Source of the DNA: Mobula hypostoma
Lineage: Eukaryota
Assembly: GCF_963921235.1 (NCBI RefSeq)
Contig: NC_086097.1
Location: 31,250,001 to 31,314,000 of the forward strand
DNA length: 64,000 bases
Direction of reading: 5' to 3'
A program made the translations under genes and the position numbers. Shown in pieces: positions 24,401 to 38,278 of the stretch. How positions within the stretch are numbered: position 1 is the first letter of the stretch; every line of letters starts with the position of its first letter. The notes below the pieces were generated by a model, which searched no databases, was not told the origin of the DNA, and saw only the letters and a list, made by a program, of their open reading frames with translations.

Positions 24401-25654
24401 TCCTCTGAACCCTCACCAATGCCAGCACAGCTTTTCTTAGGTCAGGAGCCCAAAACTGTTCACAATACTCAAGGTGAGACCTCACCAGTGCCTTATAAAG
24501 CCTCAGCATCACATCCCTGCACTTGTATTCTAAACCTCTTAAAATGAATGCCAATATTGAATTTGCCTTCCTCACCATCGACTCTACTTGCAAGTTACGC
24601 TTTCGGGCGTTCTGCACGAGGACTCCCAAGTCACGGTGCATCTCAGATTTTTGGACTTTCTCCCCATTTCGAAAATAGTCTGCACGTTTATTTCTACTAC
24701 CAAAGTGTATGACCATGCATTTTCAAACATTGTATTTCATTTGCCACTTTCTTGCCCATTCTCTTAATCTGTCTAAGTCCTGTTTCCTCAACACTACCTG
24801 CTCCTCCACCAATCTTCAGATCATCTGCAAATTTGGCAACAAAGCCATCTATTCTGTCATCTAAATCATTGATATACAGCACAAAGGGAAGTGGTCCCAA
24901 CACCGACCCCTGCAGAACACCACTAATCACTGGCAGCCAATCAGTAAAGGATCCTTTTATTCCCACTCGCTGCCTCCTACCAATCGGCCAATGCTCTAAC
25001 CATACCAGTAACTTTCCTGTAATACCATGGGCTCTTAATTTGGTAAGCAGCCTCATGTGTGGCACTTTGTCAAAGGCCTTTTTAAAAGTCCAAATATAAA
25101 ACATCCACTGCATCTGCTTTATCTATCCTACCTGTAATCTCCTCAAAGAATTCCAACAGGTTTGTCAGGCAAGATTTTCCCTTAGGGAAACTATGCTGAC
25201 TATGCCCTATCTTGCCCTGTGTCACCAAGTACTCCATAACCTCATCCTTAACAATTTACTCCAACATCTTTCCATACACTGAGGTCAGGCAAACTGGTCT
25301 ATAATTTCCTTTGTGCCTCCTTTCTCCTTTCTTAAAAGAGTGGAGTGACATTTGCAATTTTCCAGTCCTCTGGCACCATGCCAGAGCCCAATGATCTTTG
25401 AAAGACCATTACTAATATCTTCACAATCTCTACTGCTACCCCTTTCAAAAACAGTAGGGTGCTGTTCATCTGGTCTGGGTGACTTCGGTACCTTTAGGTC
25501 TTTCAAGCTTTTTTGAGCACTTTCTCCCTTGGAATAGTACTGTACTCACTTCTCTTCTCTCACACTCTTCAACATCTGGCACACTGCTAGTGGCTTCCAC
25601 AGTGAAGACTGATGCAAATACGCATTTAGTTCATCTGCCACCTCTTTGGCCCCT

Positions 25655-26620
25655 GTCAGATCGCCAGCAGGTGGTAAGAGTGGACACCCTCATCTCCACC
25701 CCTCTGACTCTCAACACAGTAGGCCCTCACGGTTGTGTACTAAGTCCCCTCTTTTACTTCCTGTATACCCATGGCTATGTCACCACCCACAGCTCCAATC
25801 TGCTAAATAAATTTGCCAATGACACTACATTGATTGGCCTTATCTCAAACAATAACGAGGTAGCCTACAGGGAAGAAGTCATCCCTCTGACACAGTGGTG
25901 TCAAGAAAACAACCTCTCCCTCAATGTCGCAAAAACAAAGGAGCTGGTTGTGGATTACAGTAGGAGTGGAGATGGGCTAACCCCTATTGACATCAATGGG
26001 TCTGGGGTTGAGAGGGTAAACAGCTTTAAGTTCCTTGGCATCCACATCACCGACGACCTCACGTGGTCTGTACACTCCAGCTGTGTAGTGAAAAAGGCAC
26101 AACAGCTCCTCCTTCACCTCAGACGGTTCAGGAAGTTTGGTATGGGCCCCCAAATCCTAAGAACAGGGGCATAATTGAGAGCATCCTGAATGGCTGCATC
26201 AGTGCCTGGTATGGAAACTGTACCTCCCTTAATTGCAGGATTCTGCGAGTGGTGCAGACAACCCAGCGCATCTGAAGTTGTGAACTTCACATGATTCAAG
26301 ATACTTACAAAGACAGATGTGAGAAAAGGGCCCGAAGGATCATTGGGGACCCAAGTCATTCCAACCACAATCTATTCCAGCTGCTACCATCCAGGAAACG
26401 ATTCCACAGCATAAAAGCCAGGACCGACAGGCTCTTGGACAGCTACTTCCACCAGGCCATCAGACTGATTAACTCACGCTGAGTGTATTTCTATGTTAAA
26501 TTGACTATTCTATTTCTTATAAATTACTATGATTGCACAATGCACATTTAGACGGAGATGTAACATAAAGATTTTTATTCCTCACGTATGTGAAGGATGT
26601 AAGAAATAAAGTCCATTCAA
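25655..26620 (+). mobile_element. Rex1/Babar-clade LINE 3' portion nested in CR1
   Basis: ORF 25479..26174 contains RQQVVRV...GCVLSPL...KFANDTTLIGLI...LNVAKTKELVVDY...FKFLGIHI. The tail ends aataaagtccattcaa. Confidence 0.88.
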
Positions 26621-26924
26621 CTCCTCTACTATTTCTTCAGCTTCATTTTCTAGCAGTCCTATATCTACTCTCATCTCTTTTTTTACATACTTGAAAAAGC
26701 TGTTACTATCCACTTTAATATTGTTTGTTAGCTTGCTTTCATATTTCATCTTTTCCCTCCTAATGATTCTTTTAGTTGCTCTCTGTAGGGTTTTAAAAGC
26801 TTTTCAATCCTCCATCTTCCCACTAATTTTTGCTTTGTTGTATGTTCTTCTCTTCTGCTTTTACATTAGCTTTGACTTCCCTTGTCAGCCACAGTTGTAC
26901 AATTTTGCCATTTGAGTATTTCTT

Positions 26925-27589
26925 TGTGAAACCCCGCTGGTTTCCTTGGCTGCCTAAGTCTACAGATACATACTCCAGTCCCATCAAACCAGTGAGTTTG
27001 AGACAGCTCTCCCACTGCAAGCCTGGTTTGTGTGGATGTTGTGTAATTTGCTACCCTGTCACAACTCAGTGTCAAGAAATAACAGACAGCACACTGCATA
27101 CGATTAAAGGAATTATATTGGTGAATCCTAACTTAACTAAAAGGTTAGTAAAGAAAAGAAAGAAAAAAAAACAAGATTGGCCCATTATAATTAAACAGTC
27201 AAATGTGCACAAATTGGAGCTCAACTCTTCCCAAAATTCATATTCAGTGACCCTCAGTCGATTTCAGTGCCTGGCTCCATCGAATCACAATCCCCCACCA
27301 GGTCAAATCCTACTACCGGTTCTCTCCAGCGTCTTCCCTATTCATCTCCCGCTGAACAAAAAACCCCAAGACCAACCTTAGCATCCCTCACAAAACCTCC
27401 CCCCCCACCCCCATGTTCTCTCAAACCTTCTCCCAGTTCCACCATCCTAATTGGATGACACACATTCCTCAGCATCCCTCATCTTCAACAGTAACCCAAA
27501 CAGGCTGAAACAGAACAGACTGTTCTCACAGAACTATTAAAATGAAATACTTACAGCATAGCAGAAAAAATGTGAACCAAGGTGTTAAA
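26925..27589. mobile_element. Probable solo LTR nested in CR1
   Basis: Non-coding 665-bp block that cleanly interrupts the CR1. Ends tgtgaaacc...ggtgttaaa (degenerate TG...CA inverted termini), with short flanking ctt duplication. Confidence 0.5.
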
Positions 27590-29543
27590 CTTGTTTTTGG
27601 AATACACCTATCCAGCATCTTCCTCATTTTTCCTAGAAACTCACGCCATTGCTGCTCTGCTGTCATCCCTGCCAGCATCTCCTTCCAATTTATTTTGGCC
27701 AGCTCCTCATACCACTGTAATTTCCTTTACTCCACTGAAATACTGCTATGTCAAATCCACTGTGATTCAGTGGTGTAAAACAATAGAACATGAAAACTTC
27801 CGGGGGGGGGGGCTTTGAATACTTTTTACAGACATTTATTGTGTTTTTGTTTTAATTATGCTCTTTATCTCCTCGTGCTTTTTTGCACTGTACTGGACCC
27901 AGAGTAAAAATTACTATATTCTCCTTTACACTTGTGTACCAGAAATGGCACCAAACAATCTTAAATAGCGTGCCTAACTATACATCTTTGGAGTGTGGGA
28001 GGAAACCAGAGCAGCCAGAGGAAACCCACAAAGTCATGGGGAGAATGTACAAACTCCTTACAGACAGCAATGGTAATTGAACCCCTACTGGCGATTGCTG
28101 GCACTGTAAGATGTTATACTGCTACACTACTGTGCTGCCCAGTGAAACTGGTTTATTATTCTCATAGTACAGTGAAATATTTGTCTTTCATACCGTTCAT
28201 ACACATAATTTTATTACACAGTGCACTGAGGTCGTACAAGGTAAAATAATACCAGAATGGAGAATAAAGTTTACTGGAAGTAACGCATGAATCATTGAAA
28301 CTAATACCAGATTCACAGACACTAAAGAACAGCTCACACAAAATGCTGGAGGAACTCAGCAGATCAGGCAGCATTTACAGAGGAGGATTAACAGTTGATG
28401 TTTTGGGTCAAGACCCTTCATCAGGACTAAAACAGAAGGGGAGAAGTAGCTAGTATAAGGTGGGGAAGGAGAACAAACAGCATCCCAAAGCTCCCGGAAA
28501 CCGATCTAATTATCCAACATGCTGGTTAATTTGAATGCATCTGCTCCTGGACAATGAAATGTAGTGGAATATTTTTAAATCAGATTCGGAAACACGCAGT
28601 CAGTAATTCCAATGACCATCAGAAATGCAAAACCTTGAATCAATCAAGACCCACATGAAGGGAAGGTTGGTTAATTAATGAGCAGAGCTACCCACCATTA
28701 GACTGCCTGGTCTGTGTTTGTGTGATCTGTCTGGAAACCATTTCAAGTTTAAACCAGGCTGTAATAGTCTGCTCTTCACTCACAGTCCTGGTAATTCACA
28801 ACAAACAGCCAATGAATTATTATTAATCTTCAAATCAAGGTCTGAACTCACCCTCTTCCCAAAATACAAAAGCACAATCTAAAAGCATGGCCAAAGCAGG
28901 CTCATTGTAAAAAAACTTCCATATATGTATCTTTGAAAGTGTCCTAACTGGTTGCAGTGTGGTCTGGTATGGCAAGGTGAATACGTAGATAAAAAGAAGC
29001 TACAGAGAGTAGTCAGCTCTGCCTAGTACATCAAGGGCACATCCCTCCCAACAGGAGTGACTGGCTCAAAAAAGATCTTCACCATCCAGTCCATGCCATC
29101 TTCCCTAACTAGCACCAGGGAGGAGGTACAGAAGACTGAAGTCCCACACCAACAGGTTCGGAAACCCAGTAGAATGTGACTCGAGGCTTCTGTATCTCCC
29201 GACCAATATTACTTTCAGCTATTCCCTTCAAACATTTGGTTCTTGAAATAACCAGCAACACCCTATTTACAAAAGCTTATCAAAACGATGACCAGTTTGA
29301 TTAGCTTGCATAGAAATGAACTGTTCTTTCTTGTTCTAATTGTATTCATTCTTGCAAAAGTTGTGCATAATGTTTATTTTATGATTTTCTGCAAATGCTG
29401 CTCAGCTGATGCTATGTGCCTGTGATGCTGCTGTACGAAAGATTCTCATTGCCCCTGACCATACATGGATTTGTACAAATGATGATAAATTCACCAGTTA
29501 CTTTCAAAAAGAGAAATGGATCATTGCTTGAAAAGGAAATATA

Positions 29544-30047
29544 TACTCAGAGACCACTTTTTTAGGAAGACCTGTACACCTGCTCTTTAATGCAAATATC
29601 TAATGTGGCATCAACTCAATGCATAAAAGCATGCAGACATAGCCATGAGATTCAATTGTTGTTCAGACCAAACATCAGAATGGGGAAGCAATGTGATCTA
29701 AGTGACTTTGTGACTGTGGAATAATTGTTGGTGCCAGATGGGGTGGTTTGATTATCTCAGAAACTGCTGATCTCCAGGGATTTTCATGCACAACAATCTC
29801 CAGAGTTTATGGAGAATGGTGCAAAAAACAAAAAAATCATTCAGTGAGCAGCAGTTCTGTGCGTGAAAATGGCTTGTCAATGACAGAGGTCAGAGGAGAA
29901 CGGCCAGACTGGTTCAAACTGATAACTCAAATAGCCATGTATTTCAACAGTGGTTGCCGAAGAGCATCTCTGAAAGCACAACACACAGAACCTTGAAGCG
30001 GATGGGCTACAGCAGTAGAAGACCACAAAATATACCACTCGGTGACC
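29544..30047 (+). mobile_element. Tc1 transposon left part with transposase N-terminus remnant
   Basis: TIR-like tactcagagaccacttttttagg. MGKQCDLSDF...IIVGARWGGLIISETADLQGFSCTTISRVY (paired-type HTH). Truncated by a CR1 fragment. Confidence 0.8.
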
Positions 30048-30954
30048 TCTAGTCTGAGGCTGTGCCCTCTGGTCTGGGACTTCCCCACCACAGGAGACAT
30101 CCTCTCCACATCCACAAGGCCTTTCAACATTCAATAGATTTCAATGAGGCAGAAATGGTGGACATCTCACTAAATTTCCTCCAGGAGCTCTGGCTTCTTC
30201 CCACATCCCAAAGATGTGTTAGGCTGTGGCAGAATAACAAATAAATAGATCAATATAAACGGGTATTTGGTGGTTCGCATGGGCCAGAAAGCCTGTTTCT
30301 CTGTTGCTTAACTGACTCTAGAATTCATTTTTCTGATAGCTTGCTTAGCAATAATTGTTTTATACCATTTAAATTTATTTTCATTTAATGCAACAAATGA
30401 AAACTTTTTCTAATCCTTTTACAACAAGTTCAGTTTTTAAGTTGTTGGGTTTTATGCTGTCCAAGTGATTTCCTTTACTGCAGTGGAGAAAATGGAAAAT
30501 AGATTTGATGGGTAGAGGAGAGATGAAACACTAACAACATGAGATTTCTTTGACAATCTAAGTGTCTGGTAGTGCCAGCATACAACGTTCCCTTGGTTGA
30601 CATCTTCCAGATAACTCATGAAAATGTCTTTTTTTCTTCTTTTATATCTGTTTTACACCTTAAATATGTTTCTGGGTCTGTTAGAGCCAGTGATTTACAA
30701 TTTGGAGATCGACTGAGTGATCCAGCACTCGGCCGTCTCCGGGAAGGTTCTGGGAAGTGAGTGAGTACTCAGACAGCCTCGATGTGAAGAATCCACCTAC
30801 CTGGCTTCACCTATCACCTTATAGCAAGTTCTATTTTCGCTCCCCCCACCTTTTTATTCTGGCAACTTCCCCTTCCTTTCCCATCTTGAAGGAGGGTCTC
30901 AGCCCAAAACGTCGACTGTCTATTCATTTCCATAGATACTGCCTGACTTGCTGA

Positions 30955-31546
30955 TTTATAGATTATGAAGACACGTAGTCCTCTTTTATTGTCATTTAGT
31001 AATGCAAGCATTAAGAAATGTTACAATATTTCTTCGGGTGTGATATTACAAAACACAGGACAGACCAAGACTGAAAAAACTGACAAAACCACATAATTAT
31101 AACATATAGTTACAAAAGTGCAACAATACCATAACTTGATGAAGAAGTCCATGAGCACAGTAAAAGTTCAAAGTCTCTCAAATGTCCCACATCTCACGCA
31201 GACGGGAGAAGGAAGAAAAACTCTCCCTGCCATGCCGACCACAGTCCGACTCTGAGTCATCCGAAAACTTCGCGCTCTGATCAGCTCTCCGACACGGAGT
31301 ACTGAGCGCCATCTCTCTCCGAATGATTCGACCTCAACCTCGGTTGCCAACAGCAGGCAAAACCGGGGATTTTGAGGCCTACCCTCCGAAAGATTCTTGA
31401 CCACGCAGTTACAACAGCAGCAAACGAGCGTTTCAGAAATTTCTCCAGATGTTCCTCTGTGCTTTCACGTCCATTCTCCATCAAATCAGAATTGTCCATG
31501 GCTCCTATTTAACAGATATGATATTATTTTTCACCAGAGGGCTGCG
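30955..31546 (-). mobile_element. Unclassified CpG-rich non-coding retroposon inserted into a PLE terminus
   Basis: Splits gcctgacttgctga|tttcctccagcattttg. Minus-strand tail aataaaagaggactacgtgtcttcataatcta also occurs as a short piece at about 35583-35612. Confidence 0.6.
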
Positions 31547-33130
31547 ATTTCCTCCAGCATTTTGTGTGTGTTGTAGTGAGGATTGTGCTGGGGGCAGTTC
31601 ACAAGTGATGCCAACATAGCATGCCCACAACTCAATAATCCCTAAATGTACATCTTTGGAATGTGGGAGAGACCAGAGCACTCAGAGGAAATCCACATAG
31701 TCAAGGGGAGAACTTACAAACTCCTCACAGAGAGTGGTGGGATTGAACCCTCATCAATGATTGCACTAACCACTAAAGTGCCACTCCATTTTGAACAGTC
31801 TACGAACCAATGAACATCACCTCATTACTCCTTTTCTTTGTACAATTCATTTTGTGATTACAGTAACTTTTACATCTTTGCACCGTACTGACACAAAATA
31901 CCAAATTTCATCTCATCTTAAGTTAGTAATAATAAACCTGATACTGATAACATGGATCAGTTTTTAATAGAATGTATAAAACCAGTGTTCCCAAGCTTGG
32001 GTGCATGAACCTCTTCCTTAATAGCATTGTTCCATGGCATAAAGAAGAGAGGTTGAGAACCCCTGGTATAAAGAAAAGAAAGAAAAAAACATGTATAAAA
32101 ACCACAAATCATAGTCAGGCAGCATCTAAGGAAAGGAATAAAGGTTCCAAGCAGAGATCTTCCACCGGGACTGGAAAGGAAAGGGGAAAAAGCCAGAATA
32201 CCAAAAACATTGTTCTTTTATGTTAGTCAACTGGTGTGAGGAAGATTTAATGTTGGTAATTATACAAATGAGCTTTAATGGAACCAAGTTGTAAACTATC
32301 CAGAATAATTTTAAGCACAGTTGCTGAACTTTCCAAGGCAGAAAATTCATTTCCTTTTGATCAGTCACTGCTGCTCTAGTCAGAGGCTATAAAAGAGAAC
32401 GAGTACTTCCATCTCAAAATGAAACCAGCTGCCCTCGCCTGTCCCTTTTTATGAATTATTTGCATCAAAATTCAGCAGCAGGCATCCTTCTAGGACAGAT
32501 TTTTCTGTCACCTCCCCACCAACACCCCCCCCCTCCACCCCTACCAATGTAATCTCGGGGAGCTCCAGTGCTCTGTACTGGGCATGAATGTGCAGGTTAC
32601 ATTTTGCTTTTGCTATATGCAAATGTGGAATGCTTAACCTCAGTCCTGCACTGTTGACCTGAGTTAAATTTAGCTGGGCTGGTGCAAGCCTCTGTGGGAG
32701 GGTTCTTCAGGAACTGCAACGCTCCAGATAATCTGCCCCAGGGGAAGCAATTCCTGGTAAAACACACTCTGGGAAAACACTAGACAGCTTGTGTTCCCAT
32801 GAACATCAGTGTCATTATGATTAAATCAGTAAAATGTATAGTTTGGAATCAAAATGTGGATTTCATTAGTGTTCTCCAAGAATGCTTCAGTACTTCAAAC
32901 ATTACAGTCTGTATTTTGAAACTGAATTCTTTTGTAAATAACTAAAATTCATTATATTCTTGGTTTTCGGCACTAGGCCTCTTGGAATCGATTGCTAGCC
33001 ACACCACAAATGTGCCGTCAGATTAAGGCCAATCTTCATACAAGAATGCAGATAACCAACTGGATTTGGCCTTATTATTGGCTCTAACAAAGGGATATTC
33101 ATTTTTACAGAGCCTTTCGCAGGCTCAGAA

Positions 33131-34747
33131 CATTTTAAAGCAATTTACAGCCAGTACAGTTCTGCTGAAACACAAAACAAAACAGCCAAATTGGACATAG
33201 CACGGTGCTGAAGACCACAATGCGGTAATCTGTATTTTGGTGATGTCCAATAATGAGGGATTAATGTTCATCTGGATACCAGAGGACACGTACAAACTCC
33301 ACAAAAGTGTAGGGGGGGGGAACACCTTAGGCACTGTTACTTCCTAAATGAGAGGCAGCGAAAGAGATGGTATGGGGGAATGAGAGAAGCAGAGAGTTGG
33401 GGGGGGGCAGGGTGAATGAGAGTATGGGGGGGGAGAGGGAGGGTGGGCAAGAAGGAGTAAAACAGGCAATAAGAGAGCCTTTTAAACCCTCAAGCATCCC
33501 AGTATTTTACAGGCAATTAAGTCCAATTAGTGCCTAAACTTCTCACACAGTGGGCATTGGGCAGCTGCCAGCACTCCGTGCTTCACTAAGTATTGTCCCA
33601 TCTCCTTATTCTGACCATTCCCTCGGTGATATAGTTAGACAAATGCACACACCCTCTCCACTCTGATGCCACATAAGCAGTACAATTAGATCCAACAAGC
33701 TGACCACAGGAAGAAAAACCTTGCTTGGAAGCTGGTCTCACACCACATTAGCTCATGGGAAAGATAAAGGTTAGCTTTATTTATTATATACACATTGAAA
33801 AATACAATGAAATGTGTGCCATTTGCATCAACAAACAACAGTCACAGATTTTACTTTATTTTCTTTACAATGCAGAATAGGCCCTTCCAACCCTTCGAGC
33901 CGCGCCACCCAGCAAGCCCCTGAATTAACCCTAGCCTCATCACAGGACAATTTACAATGACCAAATAATCTATTTTTGGAATATGGGAGAAAACTGGAGC
34001 ACCCAGGGGAAACCCACATGGTGATGGGGAGGACATACAAACTCTTTACAGGCAGTGGCAGGGAATGAACCTGGTTAGCAGAATGCTTTACTGCGCTACC
34101 TTGCCAATCACAGATTATCTGGCAGATGAATGTGTAGCTGAGGACATGGTGCAGGGGGCAAGGCCACAGATTTCTGGGTCATTGGGATCTCTTCTGGGGA
34201 AGGTACAACCTGTACAAAAAGGACAGGTTACACTTGAACCCAAGGGGGACCAATATCCTTGTGGACAGGTATGCTAGAGCTGTTGGGGAGTGTTTAAACT
34301 TAATTGGCAAGGGGAATGGGAACCAGAGAGATAGGGCTGATGATGGGGCAATTGGTATACAATTAAATGTAGTGTGCATTTTAAAGCAATTTACAGCCAG
34401 TACAGTTTTGTTGAAACACAGGAAACCAGACAGCCAAATTGGACACAGCAAGATGTAGTAAAGATCTGGTAATCTGTACCTTGGTGATGTCCAATAATGA
34501 GAGATTAATATTCATCTGGATACCAAGGGAACACTCACAAATTCCACAAAAGTGTGTGTATGTATGTGTGTGTGTGTGGGGGGGGGAGCCTTAGACACTA
34601 AATGAGAGGCAGAGAAAGAGATGGGGTGGGGGGGAGAATAAGGTAGGCAGAGACTTGGGGGGGCAGGGGGAGTGAGAGACTGAAATGGGGGTTGGAGGGA
34701 AAGGTGGGCAAGGAGGAGAAAGACAGACAGTAAGAGAGCCTTTGAAA
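33131..34747 (+). repeat. Diverged direct duplication of ~360 bp (33131-33486 and 34377-34747)
   Basis: Both copies start cattttaaagcaatttacagccagtacagtt and end taagagagccttt, colinear throughout, including a DeuSINE-like part and a G-rich tract. Confidence 0.85.
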
Positions 34748-37457
34748 ATCAAAACATGCTTTGAATACAGGACTGAAGGTGCTATATTTGAATGCACGCA
34801 GTATACGGAATAAGGTAGATGACCTTGTAGCACAGTTAGTGATTGGCAGGTACAACATTGTGAACATCACCAAGTTGTGGCTGAAAGATTATAGCTTAAT
34901 GTCCACAGATACACATTGTATTGAAAGGAAAAGCAGGTAGGCAGAGGCAGAGATCCTTTGAAAGAGGCGGCATAGGATCGGAAGATGTAGAATCCTTGTG
35001 GGTAGAGTTAAGGAACTGCAAAGCTAAGAAGAGCCTAACAGGAGTTGTATAGTAGCCAGGGGGTGGGGCACAAATTACAAAGGGAGATAGAAAATGCATG
35101 TCAAAAGGGCAATGTAATGACAGTCATGCAGGATTTCAATATGCAGATTGATTGGGAAAATCAGGTTGGTACTGTATCCCAAGAGAGAAAAATTGTACAA
35201 TGCCTAAAAGACGCCTTTTTAAAGTAGCCTGCGTTGAGCCGACTAGAGGAAAGGCTATTCTGGATTGGGTGTTGTGTAATGAACTCGATCTGATTGGAGA
35301 GCTTAAAGTTAAAAAAGGAACCCTTAGAAGACAGTGATCATAATATGATAGAATTCACCCTGCAATTTAAGAGGGAGAAGCTAAAGTCGGATGTATCAGT
35401 ATTACAGTGGAGTAAAGGGAATTACAGAGGCATGAGAGAGAAGCTAGCCAAAATTGATTGGAAGAGAACATGAACAGGAATGACGGCAGAGCAGCAATGG
35501 CTGGAATTTCTGGGAGAAATTTGGAAGAAGCAGTACGGATACATCCCAAAGAAGCAGCATTCTAAAGACAGGATGACACAACAAAAGAGGACTGAGTGTT
35601 CTCATAATCTAACTGTAGTTGATAAGGGAAATCAAAAACATAACAGCCAAATAAAAGGCATAAAACAGAGCAAAAATTAGTGGGAAATTAGAGGATTGGA
35701 AAGCTTTAAAAACCGACAGAAAGCAACTAAAATAGACACAAGGAGGAAAAAGATGAAATATGAAGGTGAGCTAAACAATAACAAAGAGGATCTCCAAAGT
35801 TTTTTCAGATACTGTACATAAAGCAAGTAAATGAAAGGCTTGAACAGATATCAGACCACTTGAAAATGTTGCCGGAGGGGTAGAAATTGGGAACAAGAAA
35901 ATGGCAGGTAAACTAAATAAACATTTTGCATGTCTTCACTGTGGAACTTGCGGAACACTGCTAGTGTCTTCCAGAGTGTTGGGGGCAGAAGTGAGTGCAA
36001 TTGCTATTACTAAGGTGGTGTTTGGAAAGCTGAAAGGTCTGAAGGTAGATAATTCTCCTGAACCAGATGGTGTGCACTACAGGGATCTGAAAGAGGTGTC
36101 TGAAGAGTTTGTGGAAGCATTAGTAATTATCAAGAATCACTAGATTAAGGAATAGTTCTGGAGGACTGGAAAATTGCAAATGTAACTCCACTCTTCAAGA
36201 TGGGAGAAAGGCAAAAGAAAGGAAATTATAGGTTAGTTGGCCTGACCTCGGTGGTTGGGAAGATGTTTGAGTCAATTGTTAACCATGAGGTCTCAGTGTA
36301 CTTGGAGGGACATGATAAAATAGGTGAAAGTCAGTATGGTTCCCTTAAGGGAAAATCTTGCCTTACAAATCTTTTGGAATTCTTTGAAGAAATAACAAGC
36401 ATGATAGACAAAGGATAATCTTTGTTGTACGCTTAGATTTTCAGGCCTTTGCCAAGGTGCCGCACATAATGCTGCTTATTAAGTTAAGAGAGCATGGTAT
36501 CACAGGAAAGATACTAGCATGGACGGAACATTGGCTGATTGGCAGGAGGCAAAGAGTGGGAATAAAGGTAACCTTGGCTGGTTGGCTGCCAGTGACTAGT
36601 CAGCATTCGGACAGCTTCTTTTTACGTTATATGTCAATGAATTGGATGACAGAACTGATTGGCTTAGTGGCCAAGTTTGCAAACAATCAGAAGATAAGTG
36701 GAGGGACAGTAGGTGTTGAGAAAGCAAGGAGCTACAGAACAATTTAGACAGATTAGGAGAATAGGCAAAGAAGTGGCAGGTGGAATACATGTCAGGAGGT
36801 CTATGGTCATGCACTTTGGTACAAGGAACAAAAGATTAGACTATTTTCTAAACAAGATGAAAATTCAAATAAATCCAAAATGCAAAGGAGCTCTCGTGCA
36901 GGATTCCCTAAAGGTTAACTTGTAGGTTGAGTCAGTGAACAGAAAGGCAAATGCAATGTTGGCTTTTATCTGGAGAGGACTAGAATACAAAAGGCAAGGA
37001 TGTAATACTGAGGCACTGGTGAGGCCTCACTTGGAGTACTGTGAGCAGTTTTGGGCCCCTTATCTTAGAAAGGATGTGGTGACATTGGAGAGGGTTCAGA
37101 GTAGGATCATGTGAATGATTCTGGGAATGAAAAGGTTATCGTACAAGGAGCATTTGATGGCTCAGGGTTGTACTCAGAATAAAGCGATGTGTATTTTGAT
37201 TGGAGACAAGGCAGAATTTCTTTAGCCAGAAAGTGGTAAATCTATGGAATTCATTGCCACAGGCAGCTGTGGATGCCAGGTCATTGAGTGTATTTAAAGT
37301 GGAAGTTGATAGATTTTTGATTAGTCAGGGTGTGAAAGGTTTCAGGGAGAAGGCAAGAGAATGGAATTGAGAGGGACGATGAATCGGTCACGATGAAATA
37401 ACGGAGCAGACTCTACGGGCCGAATGGCCTAATCCTGCTCCTATCTCTTATGGTCTA
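34145..37457 (+). mobile_element. CR1-clade LINE, ORF1 (SGNH-like) end plus degenerate ORF2 and tail
   Basis: WDLFWGRYNLYKKDRLHLNPRGTNIL (ORF1), LKVLYLNARSIRNK (ORF2 start), NYRLVGLTSVVGK, GKSCLTNLLEFFEE, and a CR1 3' hairpin tail. Confidence 0.9.
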
Positions 37458-38278
37458 GTCCAAAGTTGTGCTGAGTCCCTCACAAAATTGTGGGGTGACA
37501 CAAGTTGCAGAACAGTTAGCACAACGATATCGTAGGTCAGGGGATTGGAGTTTAACATGGTGTCCTCTGTAAAGAGTCTCTGTACATCCTCCCCGTGGAA
37601 TACGTGGGTTTCCTCCCAGGATCTAAAGACGTATCAGGTAGGTTAATTGCTCATAGTAAATTGTCCCATGATTAGATCAGTGTTAAATAAGGGTTGTTAT
37701 GAGTTGCTGGGCAGCTTAGCTGAAAGGGCCAGAAACATCTATTCTGTGCTGTATCTCTAAATAAAATAAATAAATTGAACGTCTACAGAGGTTCTGTTGA
37801 AAGTATCCTGACCAGTTGCATCATGGTCTGGTACAGCAATTCAAACATAAGAAACTGCAGAAAGTAGTAAACTCCACTCAGTACATCATGGACATATCCC
37901 TCCCCATCGGTAGTATCTACAGGAGGTGCTGCCTTAAGAATATAACATCCAGCAAATATCCCCACCATCTGGTCCAGGCCCTGTTCTCAGTTTCCATCGG
38001 GCAGGGGGTAGAGAAGGCTGAAGTCAAAAACCACCAGCTTCAAGAACAGCTACTTCCCTTCAAGGGTTTATTTCCTGAACCCGCAACACTTTGGTCGAGC
38101 AACACAACGATCACTTTCATCCTTCTGCACTGAAATGTTCCAATTGTTTCTTTCTTGTAAAATTGTGTATAAATTATGTTTATGTTTCCTCATGAATGCT
38201 GCTTATCTGATGCTCTGTGACACTGCTGCAAGTAAGTTTTTCATTGCACCCGACAATACTTGTGTATGTGACAATAAA

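Larger units (their letters stand above)
23941..27752 (-). mobile_element. CR1-clade LINE ORF2 (degenerate) with nested insertions
   Basis: KAFDKVPH, QGSVLGP, KFADDLKI, DLGVLV, LYKALVRSHLEYC motifs and a typical CR1 3' tail at 23941. Confidence 0.92.
23577..27836 (+). mobile_element. Non-autonomous Tc1 transposon split by a CR1 insertion
   Basis: TA + cagtgcctataaaaagtattcacccc on the left and gaatactttttacagacatt + TA on the right. Transposase C-terminus DLKQAVHSRSPRNLTELEQFCKEEWGKI. The halves join at the duplicated aaatcca (23934-23940 and 27753-27759). Confidence 0.85.
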
